DNA from: Acidimicrobiaceae bacterium
Lineage (GTDB): Bacteria > Actinomycetota > Acidimicrobiia > Acidimicrobiales > Bog-793
Reading direction: 5' to 3'
NCBI GenBank assembly: GCA_027335685.1
Contig: DAHWHN010000034.1
Location: forward strand, 3,241 to 67,240
Length of the DNA: 64,000 bases
The notes below the pieces were generated by a model. That model did no database searches and was not told the DNA's origin. It saw only the letters and a list, made by a program, of their open reading frames with translations. Of the stretch, positions 61,128 through 64,000 are shown one piece after another. Both the position numbers and the translations under genes were made by a program. Position 1 is the first letter of the stretch. Every line of letters starts with the position of its first letter.

Positions 61128-62544
61128 GGCGATCGCAGGCGGGGCAGGCGGCGGGTCCGACCGCGGCCCCCTGCACGGCGCTCGCGTCGTCCTCGGGGTC
61201 ACCGGCGGCATCGCCGCGTACAAGGCCGTCGAGGTGCTGCGCCTGCTCGTCGACGGCGGCGCGCACGTCGTCCCGGTCCTGACGCGGGCCGCCACCCGCT
61301 TCGTCGGGACCGCGACCTTCTCGGCTCTTGGGTCCGAGCCGTGCGAGACCGAGCTGTTCGCCGGCGCGTCGCCGATCCCGCATACCCGGCTGGGCCAGCT
61401 CGCCGACGTCGTCGTCGTGGCGCCCGCGACGGCGCGCCTCGTCGGGGAGTACGCCGCAGGGATCGCCGCCGACCTGCTCGGCGCGACCTTGCTCGCGACG
61501 CGCGCGCCGGTCGTGCTCTGCCCGGCGATGCACACCGAGATGTGGGAGCACCCCGCCGTCCAGGCCAACCTGTCGACGCTGCGGTCCCGCGGTGTCCACG
61601 TCGTCGGGCCCGACACCGGGCGCCTAGCCGGCGGCGACAGCGGCGCAGGGCGGCTCGCAGCGCCCGAGAGCATCGTCGCCGCAGTCGAGGCGGTGCTGGC
61701 GGGCACGGGACCGGGGGCGGCCCGAGGTCGTGGCGCGGCGCCGGGAGCTCGTGGTGGCCAGGACCTGTCCGGGCTCGAGATCCTCGTCACCGCCGGGGGG
61801 ACGCGCGAGCCGATCGATCCCGTCCGCTTCCTCGGCAACCGCTCCTCGGGCCGCCAGGGCCATGCTCTCGCGGAGGTGGCCGCCGAGCGCGGTGCCGCGG
61901 TCGTGCTCGTCACGGCGTCGGACCTGGCCCCACCGGCGGGCGTCGTGACTGTCTCGGTCGAGACGGCGGCCGAGCTCGCGGACGCGGTGCTGTCCCGGTC
62001 CGGCTCAGCCGACGTCGTCGTCATGGCGGCTGCCGTCGCGGACTTCCGGCCGGTCACGGCGTCGCCCTCGAAGATCCACAAGAGCGACGGCGTGCCGGAG
62101 ATCCGCCTGGAGCCGACGCTCGACGTGCTGGCCGAGCTCGGCCGCCGGCGCCGCCCCGGCCAGGTCGTGGTCGGTTTCGCCGCCGAGACCGACCACGCGA
62201 TCGAGCGCGGCCGGGCGAAGCTCGCGGCCAAGGGTGCGGACCTCGTCGTCGTCAACGACGTCACCGAGCCCGGAGCCGGCTTCGCCCACGAGACCAACGC
62301 GGTGACCCTGCTCTTTGCCTCCGGGGCGACCGTCGAGGTGCCGCTCGGACCCAAGCGTACGATTGCCGCCGCCATCCTCGACGCGGCGGTGGCGTTGCTG
62401 CGCGAGCGCGGCGCCGGGGCGTCACCGTCACCGTCGTCGGCACCGGCCACCCCGACCTCGGGGCCGACTTCGGGCCCGCGTCCGCAGACCTCCCCCCACC
62501 CCGGCGACCGCGGCGCCGGAGACGAGCAAGGAGCACCCAGGTGA
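61075..62544 (+). CDS. coaBC: bifunctional phosphopantothenoylcysteine decarboxylase / phosphopantothenate--cysteine ligase
   Basis: [19 protein letters not shown]...APATA..., then the CoaB half [27 protein letters not shown]...AAAVADF. The only canonical in-frame start before the flavoprotein fold is GTG 61075 (53-nt overlap with rpoZ). There is a Pro/Ser/Thr-rich C-terminal tail. Confidence 0.85.
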   Translation: MRRTRERPRSHRATRSSRAIAGGAGGGSDRGPLHGARVVLGVTGGIAAYKAVEVLRLLVDGGAHVVPVLTRAATRFVGTATFSALGSEPCETELFAGASPIPHTRLGQLADVVVVAPATARLVGEYAAGIAADLLGATLLATRAPVVLCPAMHTEMWEHPAVQANLSTLRSRGVHVVGPDTGRLAGGDSGAGRLAAPESIVAAVEAVLAGTGPGAARGRGAAPGARGGQDLSGLEILVTAGGTREPIDPVRFLGNRSSGRQGHALAEVAAERGAAVVLVTASDLAPPAGVVTVSVETAAELADAVLSRSGSADVVVMAAAVADFRPVTASPSKIHKSDGVPEIRLEPTLDVLAELGRRRRPGQVVVGFAAETDHAIERGRAKLAAKGADLVVVNDVTEPGAGFAHETNAVTLLFASGATVEVPLGPKRTIAAAILDAAVALLRERGAGASPSPSSAPATPTSGPTSGPRPQTSPHPGDRGAGDEQGAPR

Positions 62545-63734
62545 GCAGCTATACCTTCACGTCCGAGTCGGTCACCGAGGGCCATCCCGACAAGATGGCC
62601 GACCAGATCTCGGACGCGGTCCTCGACGCGATCATCGGCGCGGACCCGACGGGCAGGGTGGCGTGCGAGACGCTGCTCACGACGGGCCTCGTCTGCGTCG
62701 CGGGCGAGATCACGACGACGGCCTACGTCGACATCCCCCACATCGTGCGCTCGACGATCTGCGACATCGGCTACGACCGCGAAGAGTTCGGCTTCGACGG
62801 CAACACCTGCGGTGTGATCGTCTCGATCGGCGAGCAGTCGCCCGACATCGACCAGGGCGTGACCCGCGCCCTCGAGGCGCGCAGCGGCTCGTCGGACGAG
62901 GACGTCCTCTCCGGTCAAGGTGCGGGCGACCAGGGGATGATGTTCGGGTTCGCGTGCGACGAGACGCCGGACCTGATGCCCCTGCCGATCTGGCTCGCGC
63001 ACCGCCTCGCCCAACGCCTCTCCGAGGTCCGGCGCGCCGGCGTGCTGCCGTACCTGCGGCCCGACGGCAAGACCCAGGTCTCGATCCGCTACGTCGACGG
63101 CCAGCCCGTCCAGCTCGACACGGTTCTCGTCTCGACCCAGCACAAGCCGGGCATCGACCTCGAGACGCTGCTGCTCCCCGACCTCGTCGACCACGTCATC
63201 CGACCGCTCCTGCCCCCGGACCTCGACACCGCAGGCCACCGCGTGCTCGCGAACCCGACCGGGCGCTTCGAGATCGGCGGCCCGCGCGCCGACGCCGGGC
63301 TGACCGGGCGCAAGATCATCGTCGACACCTACGGGGGGGCCGCGCGCCACGGGGGAGGGGCGTTCTCCGGCAAGGATCCCTCGAAGGTGGACCGCTCGGC
63401 TGCCTACGCCGCGCGCTGGGTCGCGAAGCACGTCGTCGCGTCCGGTGCCGCGCGCCGGTGCGAGATCCAGGTCGCCTACGCGATCGGGGTCGCTCGTCCC
63501 GTGTCGGTGATGGTCGAGACCTTCGGCACCGAGGTCGTGGACCCGGCGCGCATCGCCGCCGCGGTCGACGAGCTGTTCGACCTCCGACCCGCAGCGATCA
63601 TCCGCGACCTCGACCTTCGCCGGCCGATCTACCGCCGGACTGCCGCCTACGGCCACTTCGGCCGTGCGGACAAGGAGTTCTCGTGGGAGGCGACGCCTCG
63701 CGTCGACGACCTGCGCCGGGCGCTCCAGCTCTAG
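62541..63734 (+). CDS. metK: methionine adenosyltransferase
   Basis: [25 protein letters not shown]...[12 protein letters not shown]...[22 protein letters not shown] at 62541 sits 7 nt after AAGGAG and overlaps the coaBC stop. Confidence 0.95.
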   Translation: MSSYTFTSESVTEGHPDKMADQISDAVLDAIIGADPTGRVACETLLTTGLVCVAGEITTTAYVDIPHIVRSTICDIGYDREEFGFDGNTCGVIVSIGEQSPDIDQGVTRALEARSGSSDEDVLSGQGAGDQGMMFGFACDETPDLMPLPIWLAHRLAQRLSEVRRAGVLPYLRPDGKTQVSIRYVDGQPVQLDTVLVSTQHKPGIDLETLLLPDLVDHVIRPLLPPDLDTAGHRVLANPTGRFEIGGPRADAGLTGRKIIVDTYGGAARHGGGAFSGKDPSKVDRSAAYAARWVAKHVVASGAARRCEIQVAYAIGVARPVSVMVETFGTEVVDPARIAAAVDELFDLRPAAIIRDLDLRRPIYRRTAAYGHFGRADKEFSWEATPRVDDLRRALQL

Positions 63735-63740
63735 CGGCGC

Positions 63741-64000
63741 GGTGCCGCCAGACGGTTCGTCGCGCGCCGAGCCGCTGCGCATCGCCCGGGTCGTCCCCGA
63801 CGTCACGGGTGTCGACCGGCAGTTCGACTACGCGATCCCTGCAGGGCTCCAGCCGAGCGTGCGGGTCGGATCGGTCGTGCGTGTCCCGCTCCAAGGTCGG
63901 CGCGTGCGCGGCTGGGTCGTCGAGATGCGCTCGGCGACGTCGACGACGGTCCCGCTCCGCGACGTCCTCGACGTCGTCTCGCTCGGGCCCTCCCCCGACG
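63741..64000 (+). CDS. priA: primosomal protein N' (PriA), N-terminal fragment running off the window
   Basis: Own translation from GTG 63741 gives VPPDGSSRAEPLRIARVVPDVTGVDRQFDYAIPAGLQPSVRVGSVVRVPLQGRRVRGWVV, which is the typical PriA N-terminal 3' DNA-binding domain. It sits after metK as in other actinobacteria. Confidence 0.75.

Overview
By eye (not computed), this is a very high-GC bacterial chromosome segment that looks like core genome of an Actinomycetota member. I found no rRNA, tRNA, CRISPR array, transposase or integrase. About 60 protein genes are supportable. Left to right: a partial C-S lyase-type aminotransferase, an MBL hydrolase, a DEAD-box helicase, then bcp, an FrhB-like Fe-S protein and the actinobacterial phosphomutase/DUF3090/PI3-4-kinase-like trio. 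Next come the proteasome activator bpa, dnaE, a DUF255 thioredoxin-domain protein and a YeiH-type exporter. A classical menaquinone cluster follows (menE, menB, menA, menH, menD). After it are a HAD hydrolase, a CBS protein, a GH38 alpha-mannosidase interrupted by one in-frame TGA, an F420-type (DDN family) oxidoreductase, a DUF169 protein, tyrS and rnd. A minus-strand operon encodes an ATP-grasp enzyme, a radical SAM enzyme with a CCAEP tail, and a Cys-cluster protein. The rest is a long plus-strand block: nfu-like, aroC, fused aroK-aroB, aroQ, pepQ-like, efp, nusB, a PurM-like protein, pyrR, pyrB, pyrC, carA, carB, pyrD, a peptide-type ABC transporter, mihF, gmk, rpoZ, coaBC, metK and the start of priA. 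Many neighbours are joined by 4-nt ATGA/GTGA stop-start overlaps. The best candidates for an undescribed system are (1) the ATP-grasp / CCAEP-tail radical SAM / Cys-cluster operon with a convergent small acidic zinc-ribbon ORF, and (2) the bcp / FrhB-like / trio cluster. Other points worth a second look: the in-frame stop in the mannosidase, gmk lacking any canonical start codon, the ABC transporter sitting where pyrF is expected, a divergent PurM paralogue coupled to nusB, and several short tandem repeats and RNA hairpins. All family calls come from motifs read in the supplied translations and from memory of those families. No database search was run.
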